A DNA stretch of 64,000 nucleotides from Eremomyces bilateralis CBS 781.70. Lineage: Eukaryota. The position numbers were made by a program, and so were the translations under genes. Positions within the stretch are counted from its first letter, which is position 1. Every line of letters begins with the position of its first letter. The notes below the pieces were generated by a model. That model saw only the letters and a program-made list of their open reading frames with translations. It was not told the origin of the DNA and ran no database searches. Shown one piece after another: positions 1 through 11,264 of this stretch. Location of the stretch: NCBI GenBank assembly GCA_010015585.1, contig ML975170.1. The stretch is one strand, 5' to 3'.

Positions 1-1548
1 CGATGGCGGCTTTAGGGATTGGCTCTCAGGGATTGATGTCAATGAATTGGATGTCAGTGATAAGATCAACACCTGGCTCCTTTTCAGCCACATTTGTTCG
101 GATCAGGTCCCGGCGACGTCTGTCGGTTGCCAGAGCCGCTTATCCACGGTTTATCTCTTATAAAACTTACAGTGTGGGCCTTCTGTCGTCTCGGGCGCCA
201 GCACCGTCACATTGTTGCTATCAAATATCGTCTCCGCAGATGAATCTGGGGTGATGTCAGTGCTATTATAGCGATGATTGGTTGATAGCACTTTGTTCAA
301 ATCGCGAACATGCAGCATATCCCCTATTGTCTATTTCAGTCCTATATCCCCCATTTTCGCCGTTGACCTGAGTTACTAACTTTTTCGAAGGCGTCGCTTG
401 GCGCAATGCTCGTTTATAAGTGCATCTCTCCTCGTAGCAAACTTCTCGCTAACTCCCCGTGCTTTTAACTGGACGGAACAGGCATCGACGGCCCCCGGCC
501 CGATCGACTCCATGAATTTAGTGCGCAAGCACAACTCCTTAGCGTTACTATATTGCCATGGGCTTAAGCACTATACAACGAAATAGCTGCTAGTAGTCAA
601 GTTGCGAACGATAAAAATTGGATCATATTAATAGCATTCGGAGATAACTATTCGCATTTGCATTTTTGAACCCTCGACCATTTACGAACTTACTACTTAG
701 TACCTACTTACGTACGAAACATTAAATTTAGAGATTCGGACTAACCGATAGCTAATCACTCGCGGAGTCATAGATATCGGATGCAGCTCTGCTTAACTAG
801 TAGTCTAGGACACGCATCCCATGAATTAAAAATATGGTCCGATGCGGACAGATGCACCGTTAATCTAATCCGGTAATTTCAGGTCTTTCTCCGGTTTATT
901 TCCAGTCAGCCAAGAACTAAGTACAGATGTACCTCCGTATCTACCGGTAAGCCGGGACTCGGGACTCAGCCCTGATGGCGCTGACAAGGAGTTACACAGA
1001 AACGGTGGCTCCGATAAGGTTGTCTCCTGACCGGCCCCCATCTAGAGCGACCTTTTCCGTTTACCGACGCAGCGGACAAAGATTCTATCCCCGGTCCCAC
1101 GATGGTTGTACCACGAAGATCCTCGTAAGGTTGGAGAATATTCAGCCACAATTTTACGGGGAGGTACTGAGTCGAATAAAATCTATTGAACAAATCTGCA
1201 GGCATGGCACGATACCACGCGCCGAGCTAGAGGCAAATGCAGTGGAAAGTATCGTAACCGTACGAAGAGTCCGAGTCGTTCTGTTCCCTGCTTCCTCGGC
1301 AAGGTATCTCAATTACCTTCCCATCACGGTGTACAGCTCTCTCTGCGCCATGAGCTCGTCAATAGCGAATAATGGAAAATACAATAAACTCTTATGGCAT
1401 GAGTCTAGCCTAGGGATAAGAAGCGCCACATAGTGCACGGTACAGGACGCGGAAAGATATGTCTATATAGATCCTTTCGGCTGCCAGGGCGGATCGTCCT
1501 GGAGTAGCTCCAAACAATTGTGGTTTTTATTGAAACGTGTTGCTCAAC

Positions 1549-3028
1549 ATGATTATTACTTCTGCCCTTGTTTACTTCCTGGCATTCAGTCAGGGGCTGG
1601 CTACTCCTTTAGCTAACCCCCAGGAGGCTGACCTAGCAGGTCGTCCATCAAAACCTAAATGCTCCAAACCAGCGAAGAGACTGCCATGGTAAGATCCTCT
1701 CTGTGGGGTAGGACATGACTTTCCATTATACAAGCTAACATTTTTGCAGGCAAGCCCTGAGCAGGAAGGAGAAGAAAGCCTATATCGATGCGGAGCTCTG
1801 CTTGATGAGAAAGCCCTCCAAGCTCAATTTGCCTGGAGCCATAACCCGGTTTGATGATCTGATCAAGCCGCATCAGATCATGGCCCGAGAGACGCATCAA
1901 ACCGGCTACTTCTTGCCTTTCCATCGTTATTTGATGCACACTCACGAGACCGTGCTGCGAACTGAGTGTGGTTACAAAGGCCATCAACCCTACTGGGCAG
2001 AAGAACTAGACATCGACAACATTCAGAACTCTGATGTGTTGGATTCCGTAACAGGCTTCGGCGGCGGCGTATTAGATACACTGGCATGCGTCCCGAATGG
2101 CCCGTTCAAGAACTACAAGTTGCACACAGGCCCAGGACAAAAGAACACGGAAAACTGCATCGAGCGTCGTTTGTCCAACATTGCAACCTTGACTGCCCGC
2201 CAGGAATACATTGACTACTGCTACCAATTCAACACATTTGAAGATGCGTGGCCATGCTTAGAGGATGGTGGCCCTCATAACGCCTGGCATGCTGGTGTCG
2301 GCGGGGTCATGCTGGTATGTGTTGCTACTCATAGAAACCTCCGTCAATATGGATATAGACACTGACCTATATACACAGGACCCTATTTCCTCGCCTGGAG
2401 GTATTACTTCATTTGATACTATGGCCTATCTTATTGAGCTAACTTTTCCAAGACCCACTCTTCTATTTGCACCATACCTGGCTGGATAAAGTCTGGTGGG
2501 ACTGGTTTGTACACTCAGGTCGCTCATTCAGATGTACCACTAAATTATACCTAGGCAGAAACAAAAGCCAGAGCGCCTGCGCGACATTACAGGCCGTAAA
2601 GTCAGCATCAACCCATTTTTCGACCTTCGTAAGCACTACTAATTTCTTTTGTATCGAAAGACGGGTCAGTCTCGCTAGTGGATTAAGTGTACTGACTGCT
2701 ACTTAGTTTCAAACCTTCCCGGCAACTCGACCATCACGGATTTCTTTATGGGCAATATCCCAGGCTTGCCATCCATTCCAGGTGGAGGACCGTTCAGTGA
2801 AAACAACAGGGGGCCGCCGACCTTCCAGCCCAGGAATGAGACGATCGCGGACCCTGTCAAACTTACTGACACACTCACTGTTTTTGGCCTTATCCCCAAT
2901 ACCACAGTGTCCCAGGTTATGAATATCAAGGACGGGTAAGTGTTGTATATCACACTGAGTTATTAGAATTGACTAACAGCGTTAGAATTCTCTGCTATGA
3001 ATATGTTGATTACGAGGATGCAATCTAG
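1549..3028 (+). CDS. Secreted short tyrosinase / catechol oxidase-like type-3 copper protein (about 7 exons)
   Basis: Signal peptide MIITSALVYFLAFSQGLA. CuA HQIMARETHQTGYFLPFH; CuB HNAWHAGVGG...DPISSPGDPLFYLHHTWLDKVW; C-terminal LCYEY. GT-AG introns (e.g. 1689-1749, 2629-2706) restore one frame. TATA-like sequence near 1463. Confidence 0.9.
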
Positions 3029-3616
3029 GGTCCAGATTATGGGCATCAGTGTTGCTTGCTTCATGATCTGAAAATGGCGCACCGGCTATTGTTATACAAG
3101 TGTTTGTCAAATAATCGCTGCTAAATTCGCAATTATGAGTGTAGCTTTCAGAGGGGAAGTTGTTAACTTATGATTGATTGATCGAGTTGAGTTGACAGAG
3201 GCATCCACTGGACTACATATCTCATTTCGTCTTGCCGCCCAATATGGTGTGCCGCAGCAGTCCTGTACCTGAACGCCCAGCGGACTTGGCATTCATGTAT
3301 TGGCGTGTCTCAGCAAGGAAAGGAAACAAGGCTTTATTACCGAAACCCAACTACCTGTCGAGAATGCTACAAGGGAGGAACTAAATAAGAAAAATGCCAA
3401 ATGTCAAAAACCGCAGTGAATACCTCTGTACTATCTCCCTATATTAGCGGTAAGCCAGGGAATATACGGTCATGTGCTCAGCCAATGGGAAAAAAATCAA
3501 AAGCATTCAGCAATGGGAGTTCCCCATAACTCTCCCACCGGTATAAAAGAGGTCGAAATCAGAGGGTCAATACCACCGAAACACTTGGGTCAGTCGAAAG
3601 TACACTCTCTGCATCC

Positions 3617-4035
3617 ATGGTAAAGCTTGTAAATATGCCGTTTCTCCTTAGTTTCCAGTCTCGCTCTCAGTCAGCGTTTGGTTCGCAGTCTACAGTACTC
3701 TCCAGTTCCAGTCTCATCAATTCGGCGGTAGTCGACGCTATCAGCACTCTAAGCAGCGAAAGTTCTCTACATCCATTCAAAAGAAACGCCTTGACAATGG
3801 CACCACGACGCTTTATTACGTGCGTGCGCATCAATCCGGCTGGTCGAAGACAGGTCCATACCCATTTAGCCCCGATAAGGTACTTTGAGATATCCAGAAA
3901 ACTGCTAGCCGAATTGTTTCGTTCCGAAGGAAGATAAAGTGAAGGTGAAACCTTGTCTATAAGGCATTGTGCTGTAAATGCCGGTGATATCGGAGGCAGT
4001 CACTTCGCTGCAAATCAAATTGAAGACAATGCTCA
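3617..4035 (+). pseudogene. 5' half of an unknown gene interrupted by an LTR
   Basis: TATAAAA at ~3543 and ATG in a CCATGG context. The frame continues past one TAA (3935-3937, possible CAA>TAA) up to the LTR junction at 4035. Confidence 0.45.
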
Positions 4036-4085
4036 TGACAGAGAATAGCGGTTCCTTTGATCAGGTGATCTGGAGATGCGACTTC
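4036..4085 (-). mobile_element. 50-bp terminal fragment of LTR family A, interrupted by the Gypsy element
   Basis: 49/50 identical to the reverse complement of 25074-25123. Starts TGACA and ends exactly where the Gypsy LTR begins. Confidence 0.85.
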
Positions 4086-4196
4086 TGTTGGATCGAAACG
4101 TGTCTTATTAAGAAACTTAACAAATGAGAGTATTATATACAGAGTATCAATCACGTGCCTCATAACCTCCGATGTTCTCCCGGCTTTGGTCTAACA
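4086..4196 (-). repeat. 3' LTR, 111 bp
   Basis: TG...CA ends with imperfect inverted termini, adjacent PPT, partial identical copy at 10870-10921. Confidence 0.9.
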
Positions 4197-4646
4197 TCCT
4201 CCCCTACCTAGGCCTGAAACACCGGTGAAGGCAAGATATATCTAGATCTTCGTCTCACGATCTAGGTCTTCCTGTTCCCTTCTTCCTCAGCTCAATCCTT
4301 CGAAGTTCGGAGGGATGGGGTTCAAAGTGAGTCAACCAAGGCGTATCGTCATATGCCAAGGTTCCGCTCACGTCGAGACCTCGCGTCTATATTGTCCAAA
4401 GCATCCTATCCAACGACGAGTGCGTGTCGCGCTGTGATCGAGCTGATGGTAGCAGTTAAGGGCATGAAACGAAGGTCGAGCTCGGCGAAGCGATCTTTTC
4501 CTGCGGCTCTGGCCGTGCTAGATCGATTCCTCGTACGTCTTGGTGGTATTCTTGTTTATCTTGATCATTTCCCGAAGGTTTTTGTTCCTTTTTTCTCCAT
4601 TTTCTGGTCTTTTGGTTTGTTTTCTCGCTTTTCTAAGGGTTTCTGA

Positions 4647-7600
4647 TCATTTTGGTTCATTTTCTGAGGGTTTTCTTTGCTTCTCTTTTCTTCTGATCCT
4701 CCTCAGTGCTGCCAGCCGTTGGACTTTGGCACCTCTCTGCCCAACTGTACGTCTCATAGAGTATCCGCCTACGATCATTGGTTCTTGTTCTTCGTCTCGA
4801 GATCTCTTCTGAGAGGGGTTCAGGCGATCGGTGTTGATCTTAGCAAGTTCTTCAGCTGCAGTATCTTCAACAATCTCTTCAAAGAGTTGTTCTCCTGTGG
4901 TCCTCGTCTGAGGCGTTTCGTTTTCTATTTCTCTTTGCTCATCTTGTTCTGTAGGCGGAGAGTCACTCTCGACTTCCATTGACTCCACCTCTTCTGCAAC
5001 CGGTTCATCTTCGATGGCTGGTTCGGCAGGAGGCATCGGTTCTACCTCTTCTGCAACCGGCTCATCTTCGATGGCTGGTTCGGCAGGAGGCATTAGCGGT
5101 TCCGCTTCTGCCATTTCTGTGTCCATATCTCGGTATGAACTATCTTCCGGGGAGATGGACGGTCTCCTAAAGATTGATGCATCAAGTTCAACCGGTGTTG
5201 CGTCTGCACCCGGTACAGCGCTGTCACCCTGCTTTTGCTGCAGCAGTGACGTGCCATTCTGCTGTGGCATCCTCATCACTGGAGGAAGTTCTTCTAACTG
5301 TTCTGTAAGGAAGGGTTGGGGTACGCGACTCTTGCCGGCTTGCCGCTTCTCTGACTCTATGTATGCCCTTACGGCGGCTTCAATCTCACCAGGCTCGCGA
5401 CCTTCCTCCCCCTCCAGGAATTGACGTGCTCCTGCACGATTCGGAAGTCCTTGCAGCTCGCGCCAAGTTTTCTTCGTCATCTGCTTCAGCTTCTCAATTC
5501 TGATCTCAGATTGTCCTCGAACGGGGTCTTCTACATCCTGGAATGTGATACTATCAGGGTTATCGACTTGGAAATCTCGTCCCTCTGCGGACTGGGCTTG
5601 AATCCATTTGCCAATATCGACTTCTCCCCTGACCAGTACCAGGCGGTTCCCATGCACTAAATGCCTCAAGATCTTCCCACTGGGCGTTTCTAATGCATAC
5701 GTCCCAAGTGGGTGTGCCTTGGCAATATAGTAGGGTCCCACCCAATTCGCTTCAAATTTCTTCTTCTGTTCCCGACGAAGGAGTACTCGTTGCCCCTCCT
5801 TAAAGCCAGGTTCTCTTGTGAAGGTCAAACCGTTGTGAAGTCCCATTTGCTCCGCACGATCGAGCAATCTTTCATGCGCAATTTCTCGAGCGGTGCGCAG
5901 CCGCTTGACCCAGTCAATAACTTCATCTTCGGTTGCCGGTCTCTTTTCCTCTGAGGCGTTTTTCATAACATCCTCCGGCAAGTTTGGGTGTCTTCCGAAA
6001 ACAAGATAGTATGCTGATCTTTTTGTAACAGTGTGCTGGCGGTATCTACAAGCAAGGAGAGCTGCATCGAGATATTCATCCCAAGAGCTAACCTTCTTGC
6101 CTATGCACATCTTTGTCAAAATCGAACCAAGTGTTCCATTGAGGCGCTCCACCTTGCCATTGGTTCGTGGATGGTAAGGCGTTGCAAGCTTATGACGCGT
6201 CTTCAAGATTCGGAGGAGATGTTCAACCACATTCGAGATGAATTGACTGCCATTGTCTGACGTAAGGGCTGAAGGGGCGCCAAACGTAAGCAGGATTTCC
6301 TTGTACAAAAACTCTGCGATCTCAGGAGCCGTTGCATCAGGGACTGCTTTGGCGATTGGCCATCCAGTCGCATAGTCAATGGCAGTAATGATCCATCGGT
6401 TTCCGCGATTCGTCTCCGGAAGGATACCGATAAGATCAATTCCCTATTCTTCAAATGGCTGTCTGGGTTGAACACGATGAAATCGGGTTTCATTTTCCTT
6501 ACTTTGGCGCTTGGACTGCGCTAATTGACATTCAGGGCAATCTGAAGCCACGTTTTCAATGTCCTTCTGCATACTCGGCCACCACCCTTTTGTTTCGACC
6601 ACGCCGTACAAGGCCGGCCAAGCAAAGTGGCCATAGTCGCGGTGGACCTTGCGCAATGAGTCTCGGCGAGTCGGTGGGGGCCAGTATGGCACCCAAGGGG
6701 CGTCCTTGTGGTCGTCAATTCGGCGCTCAAGGAGGTCATCCTTTGGCGCGATGCGGAATCTTGAAAGCTCTCTCAGCTTGAGTAGCTTGTTGCGCCGGAC
6801 ACGCTTGTCATCGGGAAGTGTTCCGGTAAGCAACCATGTTCTGATGGCTTGAATACACTTCTCTTCAAAGCTCATTTCTTCAATAACGTTCAGCGCATAC
6901 GGGTTACGGAAATTCTGCGCTTGATTGGCGGGAACGTCTTCCATAAAGTCTGGGCGTCGAGAGAGTGCATCTGGCACAGTTGCTTCGGTACCTTTCCGAT
7001 ATTGTAGGTCGAGGTTATACTGCTGATATTCTCCAATCCAGCGTGCCAACCTCTTCGTTGGGTGAGACATAGTCTGCAAGTACTTCAGGCTCTCATGATC
7101 CGTGAGGATCGTCGTCTTGTCTTTGTCAAGGATGTACTTGTTCCATGTCTTCAAGGCGTGGGTAATCGCCAGCAGTTCTTTTTCATGGACAGGGTAGTTG
7201 AGTTCAGCGGCGCCCAACTTTCGTCCTTCAAAAGCAACTGGGTGAAATACGCCATTGTCATCATCTTGGTATAAGGCTCCACCAATGGCCCACTCTGAAG
7301 CGTCAGTTTCGATGGTGAAGGGCTTGTGGAAGTTTGGCTGAATAAGGACGGGGTTCGAAGTCAGGCAGTCCTTGAGTTCGTTAAACGCCGCTTGGCAGGA
7401 CAATGTCCAGCGGATTTGTCGGAACTTGTCCTTCCTACGGGCCTGATCTTTTTCCTTCAGCAACTCATGTAGCGGGGCTGCAATCTTAGCGAATCCCTTC
7501 ACGAAACGACGGTAATATGCGGCAAGACCAAGGAATTGGCGCACATCGTGTACGGTTCTAGGCGTTGGCCACTCTCGAATGACGTCAACCTTCTTCTGCT

Positions 7601-9170
7601 GGGGGCGAACGATGCCTTTTTCGATAACATGGCCACAAAAGTCGATGCTTTCGGCTGCGATTGAGCATTTCGAGGGCTGTGCATACAGCTCCTGGTCAGC
7701 CAAAGCTTTGAGTACGGCTTCTATGTGTTGTTCATGTTCTTCCAGTGTCTTGGAGTAGATGATGATGTCGTCTAGGTAAACCAACGCGAAACGGTTCAAG
7801 AACGGTCGCAGTGTATCATTCATCAGATGCTGGAACGTCGACGGGGCGTTGGTGAGGCCGAACGGCATCACAATGAACTCGTACTTGCCATGCAGAGTAT
7901 TGAAAGCAGTCTTCGCTTGATCAGCAGGATCAATCAGGAGTTGCCAGAATCCTGAAGTCAGATCGATTTTCGTAAAGACGGTTGCTTCGTTCATGGCTTC
8001 CAGACACTCATCGATACGCGGCAGCGGATAAGTGTTGCGAGTAGTGAACGCATTTAGAGCCCGGTAGTCGACACACATTCGCCATTTCCCACCCGGTTTA
8101 GGCACGAACAATACGGGGCTTCCCCATTCGCTGATAGATTCTCGGATCAGTCCACGCTCAATTAGGGCTCGAACTTGTTTCAGCTGTTCCTCGATGTGTA
8201 CGGGAGGAAGGGAGTAGTGTGGCTTGTTGACAGGTTTGGCATCTCCTGTAGGAATCTTGTGGTCAAACTTCCTCTGTGGGGGAAGGTGATCAGGGAGACT
8301 GTCGCGAAAGACATGTCGATATCGCTCGAGTATCTCTTGGATGCGAGCATTCGTAGTCTTCGGTAGGAGGTCGGTATCGGTAGCGTCTCCTTTGATTTCC
8401 GCTTGAGTCTCGTTCTTTAAGATATACAAGCGACCTTGTTCGTCTGGGCACTCTCTTTCCCAACATTTTCGGAACGATCGATATGGCATCAGGTTGATTT
8501 TACAAGGAGTTTCATCGTCGCTAAGGTCGACGACTGATGAATCGCCTTATAGAACATGAGTCCAAGCCTTGGAATGAGTGCTGCTCACTCGTTGTTTAAT
8601 GACCAACTTGGATAGGGGCCAATCGATTGCTGGATTGTGTTGTCGAAGCCATTCGATTCCGAGGATTACGTCGTAGTCGTCCATATCAAGAACTCTGAAG
8701 GTACGTGTCTCTCGGAAAGAACCAATCTTATAGGGGACTCGAATGCCTTTCGTGCTTGTCATCTCTTGACCATTAGGTAGGCGTACTCGTCGAGAAGGTA
8801 GGTTAAAGACAAGATACTGAGGAGACTTCTTGTAAAATCTATGCCAGAGCTTCTGGGATATATAGCATCGACCAGCACCACAATCTAACATGAACTGAAC
8901 TTTGGTAGAGTGGTTGGTTTCTGGTGCAAGTTTTCCTGTAAACTCTATCAGGTTTGAACCGATGGCGTTCAGTCGGTCGATCCCATCGTTCCAATGCCAA
9001 ATTTCCTCAACCTCTAGATCTTCAGTGCTATCAGACGAGAGATCATCGTCTTTAGCACACGACCACAGCGAGTCGGACGTATTGTCGGGGTCAGAGGAAG
9101 CATCAGGTTCACCTATGCTCGGAAGGGCTTCCTTCTCTACGAGCGAGTGGCTTTTGGGATCTCCTCTGAA
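4647..9170 (-). pseudogene. pol: Gypsy pol (protease, RT, RNase H, integrase) with two in-frame nonsense codons
   Basis: LDCGA protease; YLDD RT; TDAS and TDH RNase H; HHCC and D,D,E integrase; GPY motif. ORFs 8547-8891, 6444-8489 and 4647-6308 share one frame, broken by TAA at 8547-8549 and TAG at 6444-6446 (the conserved W of WGIDL). Confidence 0.95.
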
Positions 9171-10573
9171 TTATCCTTGTCGTCTTCTGCTTCTTGCGAA
9201 GGGCAGTCTCGAGCAAAGTGGCCGTGTCCACCACAATGGTAACACGTCCTGGCTGTTTTCCACTTCTTGTTTCCCGGATCGAGTCTGGGCGCGCGATTGG
9301 TTTCGCTTCCGCCACGTCCGCGTCCACGACTAAACCTGCTTCTGTCTCCACGGCGGAAAGATCCGCGAGAAGAAGATCCACGAATCATATTCATATCGTC
9401 ATAGTTCGTCGTCGTAGTGTCAGACTCATACTCATCTAGGTCTTCAATATCATCGCCGTAATTTTCCATTGCGTTGAGGCGATTTCGAGAAGAGTATGGA
9501 CGGCGATACACTTCGAGGGCTTCGATCTCGCGTAGCTTGAAGATGCGGGCAGACCATTCTGATTTGTCTTGACTTGGATCCGTGATACCGAGTTGCAGAT
9601 AGTACCTCTGCGTGAGGTGCCTGCGGACGCCTGCCATAAACCGTTCGCATTGCTCGCGTTCAGAAGGGCGGTCGGTTAGGGAGTAGGCATAATCAAGGAA
9701 CCTGTCCGAGAAAGCTTCTACGGTCTCCCTCTCTTGCTGGCGAGCGTTATGGTATTGACGATTTACTTCGATTTGGTGTCCTGGGGGAATCTTCATATTG
9801 CGGAGCCAAGTGAAGTAATCTTCTGCCGTTACCATCACGTTTGGTTTGATGGCCGGGGGGCCGACGCGGTCTCGGTCTATCATCGTCACTTCCCTGGAAC
9901 GGTAGTATTCCATCGTCTTGGTATAGTCCTCCATCCATTGTCGTTGCAAGCGGCCTTTCGTAAATCCCATGAGACGGGTGATATTTTCCGGTTCAGGAAG
10001 TTCCTGACCGCCGTGCTCGGTAATAGCCAAGGCGTTAAAGTGGACCTTCATTCGGGTAATGAAGTCGTTCACTTCGCGCACCTTGTTTTCCGCGTCATTA
10101 TTGAAAGGATCAGGCTCAGTTGGCTTGTTGTACCGAGGTCGGACCACACTGGGGGGCAAACCATTGCCATATCCCTGGTTATGAGCGGAATAGGGGCTAT
10201 CGCCACGATTGTGGGGAATGTTGTAACCTTTAATGATTTCTGGTGCCACAGTGGAGGCGTCCTCCATGGTCACTGAATGTGAGGCACCTGGAGGAGTAGT
10301 GTAGCGAGCTCCTCCGTTGACGATGTTGCGAGTCTGTTGCGTCCTCATATGCTCCTGTCGAACGTGGAGATTGTTGACATGTTCGGTAAGAGCATTGATT
10401 TGTTGCTGTGGAGAAAGGTTCACCCAAGCAACAGCACTCAAGTGAGGGACTGGAGATGACTCGAGAGCTCCATGCATCTCGCTAGGAGGCGGTCCATTTG
10501 CCAGAGGTGCTTCAGGCGCAGTTTGAGAGTGTTCGGAAGCATCCTCAACGGTAGGTTGGTGCTGTTCAGACAT
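9137..10573 (-). CDS. gag: Gypsy Gag with CCHC zinc knuckle
   Basis: 478-aa ORF with retrotransposon gag motif RQQERETVEAF, an RG-rich segment and CYHCGGHGHFARDC. Confidence 0.93.
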   Translation of the reverse strand: MSEQHQPTVEDASEHSQTAPEAPLANGPPPSEMHGALESSPVPHLSAVAWVNLSPQQQINALTEHVNNLHVRQEHMRTQQTRNIVNGGARYTTPPGASHSVTMEDASTVAPEIIKGYNIPHNRGDSPYSAHNQGYGNGLPPSVVRPRYNKPTEPDPFNNDAENKVREVNDFITRMKVHFNALAITEHGGQELPEPENITRLMGFTKGRLQRQWMEDYTKTMEYYRSREVTMIDRDRVGPPAIKPNVMVTAEDYFTWLRNMKIPPGHQIEVNRQYHNARQQERETVEAFSDRFLDYAYSLTDRPSEREQCERFMAGVRRHLTQRYYLQLGITDPSQDKSEWSARIFKLREIEALEVYRRPYSSRNRLNAMENYGDDIEDLDEYESDTTTTNYDDMNMIRGSSSRGSFRRGDRSRFSRGRGRGGSETNRAPRLDPGNKKWKTARTCYHCGGHGHFARDCPSQEAEDDKDNSEEIPKATRS

Positions 10574-10859
10574 CGTGGATATTGATAAGAGGTCGTTGTA
10601 CAGAGAGAAGAGTCTTTTGCTTGCAAAGAAGATTCTGAGGTTTGTAAAAAAAGAAAGAGGAAACGATCAAAAGGAAGTATTCATCTTTCGGGACACAGAT
10701 CCATATTTGCAAAAAAAAGGATCGGGACTCTTCCCATCCACGCTCACGACGTCGCAGCTCTTTTACCAAGGTATAGAATCAGCGAGTCCTTCTTCTTTGA
10801 CATTGTGGACTCGTCGATAGCTCGTCTTAAGGGCAAGGAAACCCTTAAGGACGTTCCTG

Positions 10860-10867
10860 AGCTACCA
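10860..10867 (-). promoter_or_regulatory. Primer-binding site, probably tRNA-iMet
   Basis: TGGTAGCT lies 2 nt inside the 5' LTR end and is complementary to the ...GCUACCA 3' end of eukaryotic initiator tRNA. Confidence 0.75.
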
Positions 10868-11264
10868 GATGTTGGATCGAAACGTGTCTTATTAAGAAAC
10901 TTAACAAATGAGAGTATTATACAGGAGGTGCGAACCCGCAAGCGGGTTCGCTGAAAGAGAGCCTGGAGGAACGAAGCTAGAGTTTACAGCTTTCGAATGT
11001 CCTTTAAAAAAAGGGGTCGAATTATATTCACATAAGCATCACAAAAGGCTTGTTATTCTATTGGTGTTCTGGGGAAGCAGAGAACTAATTTTGATACGTA
11101 TGCCAGAGCTCTAGGTCGATCAATTTAGTATCCATAGGACTACCACTCGAATGCTAATGAAAGAGAAAAGGGTTTCATGCACTATATTCATTACCAAATC
11201 CTCCTAATTCTTGTCTTATGATTGCTTCTGTGTTGCGTACGCTCGATGTTTTTGGTCTAGTCAG

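Larger units (their letters stand above)
4086..10921 (-). mobile_element. Ty3/Gypsy LTR retrotransposon, near full length, lightly RIP-mutated, 5' LTR truncated
   Basis: Order gag-PR-RT-RH-IN. 3' LTR 4086-4196 (TGTTAGA...TCCAACA) is preceded on the minus strand by the PPT AGGTAGGGGAGGA. 52 bp of the 5' LTR (10870-10921) are identical to 4086-4137. PBS TGGTAGCT. Confidence 0.97.

Noticed and set aside
1..271. Possible 3' end of a gene entering the window (frame DGGFRDWLSGIDVNELDVSDKINTWLLF...)
   Set aside because: Too short, no recognisable motif, splice structure uncertain.
2661..2664. 4-nt micro-exon ACGG in the tyrosinase gene
   Set aside because: A single intron 2629-2706 with a better GTAAGC donor keeps the frame.
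4150..4190. tRNA-Met gene or tRNA-derived SINE
   Set aside because: Only isolated loop matches in non-tRNA order, and no cloverleaf.
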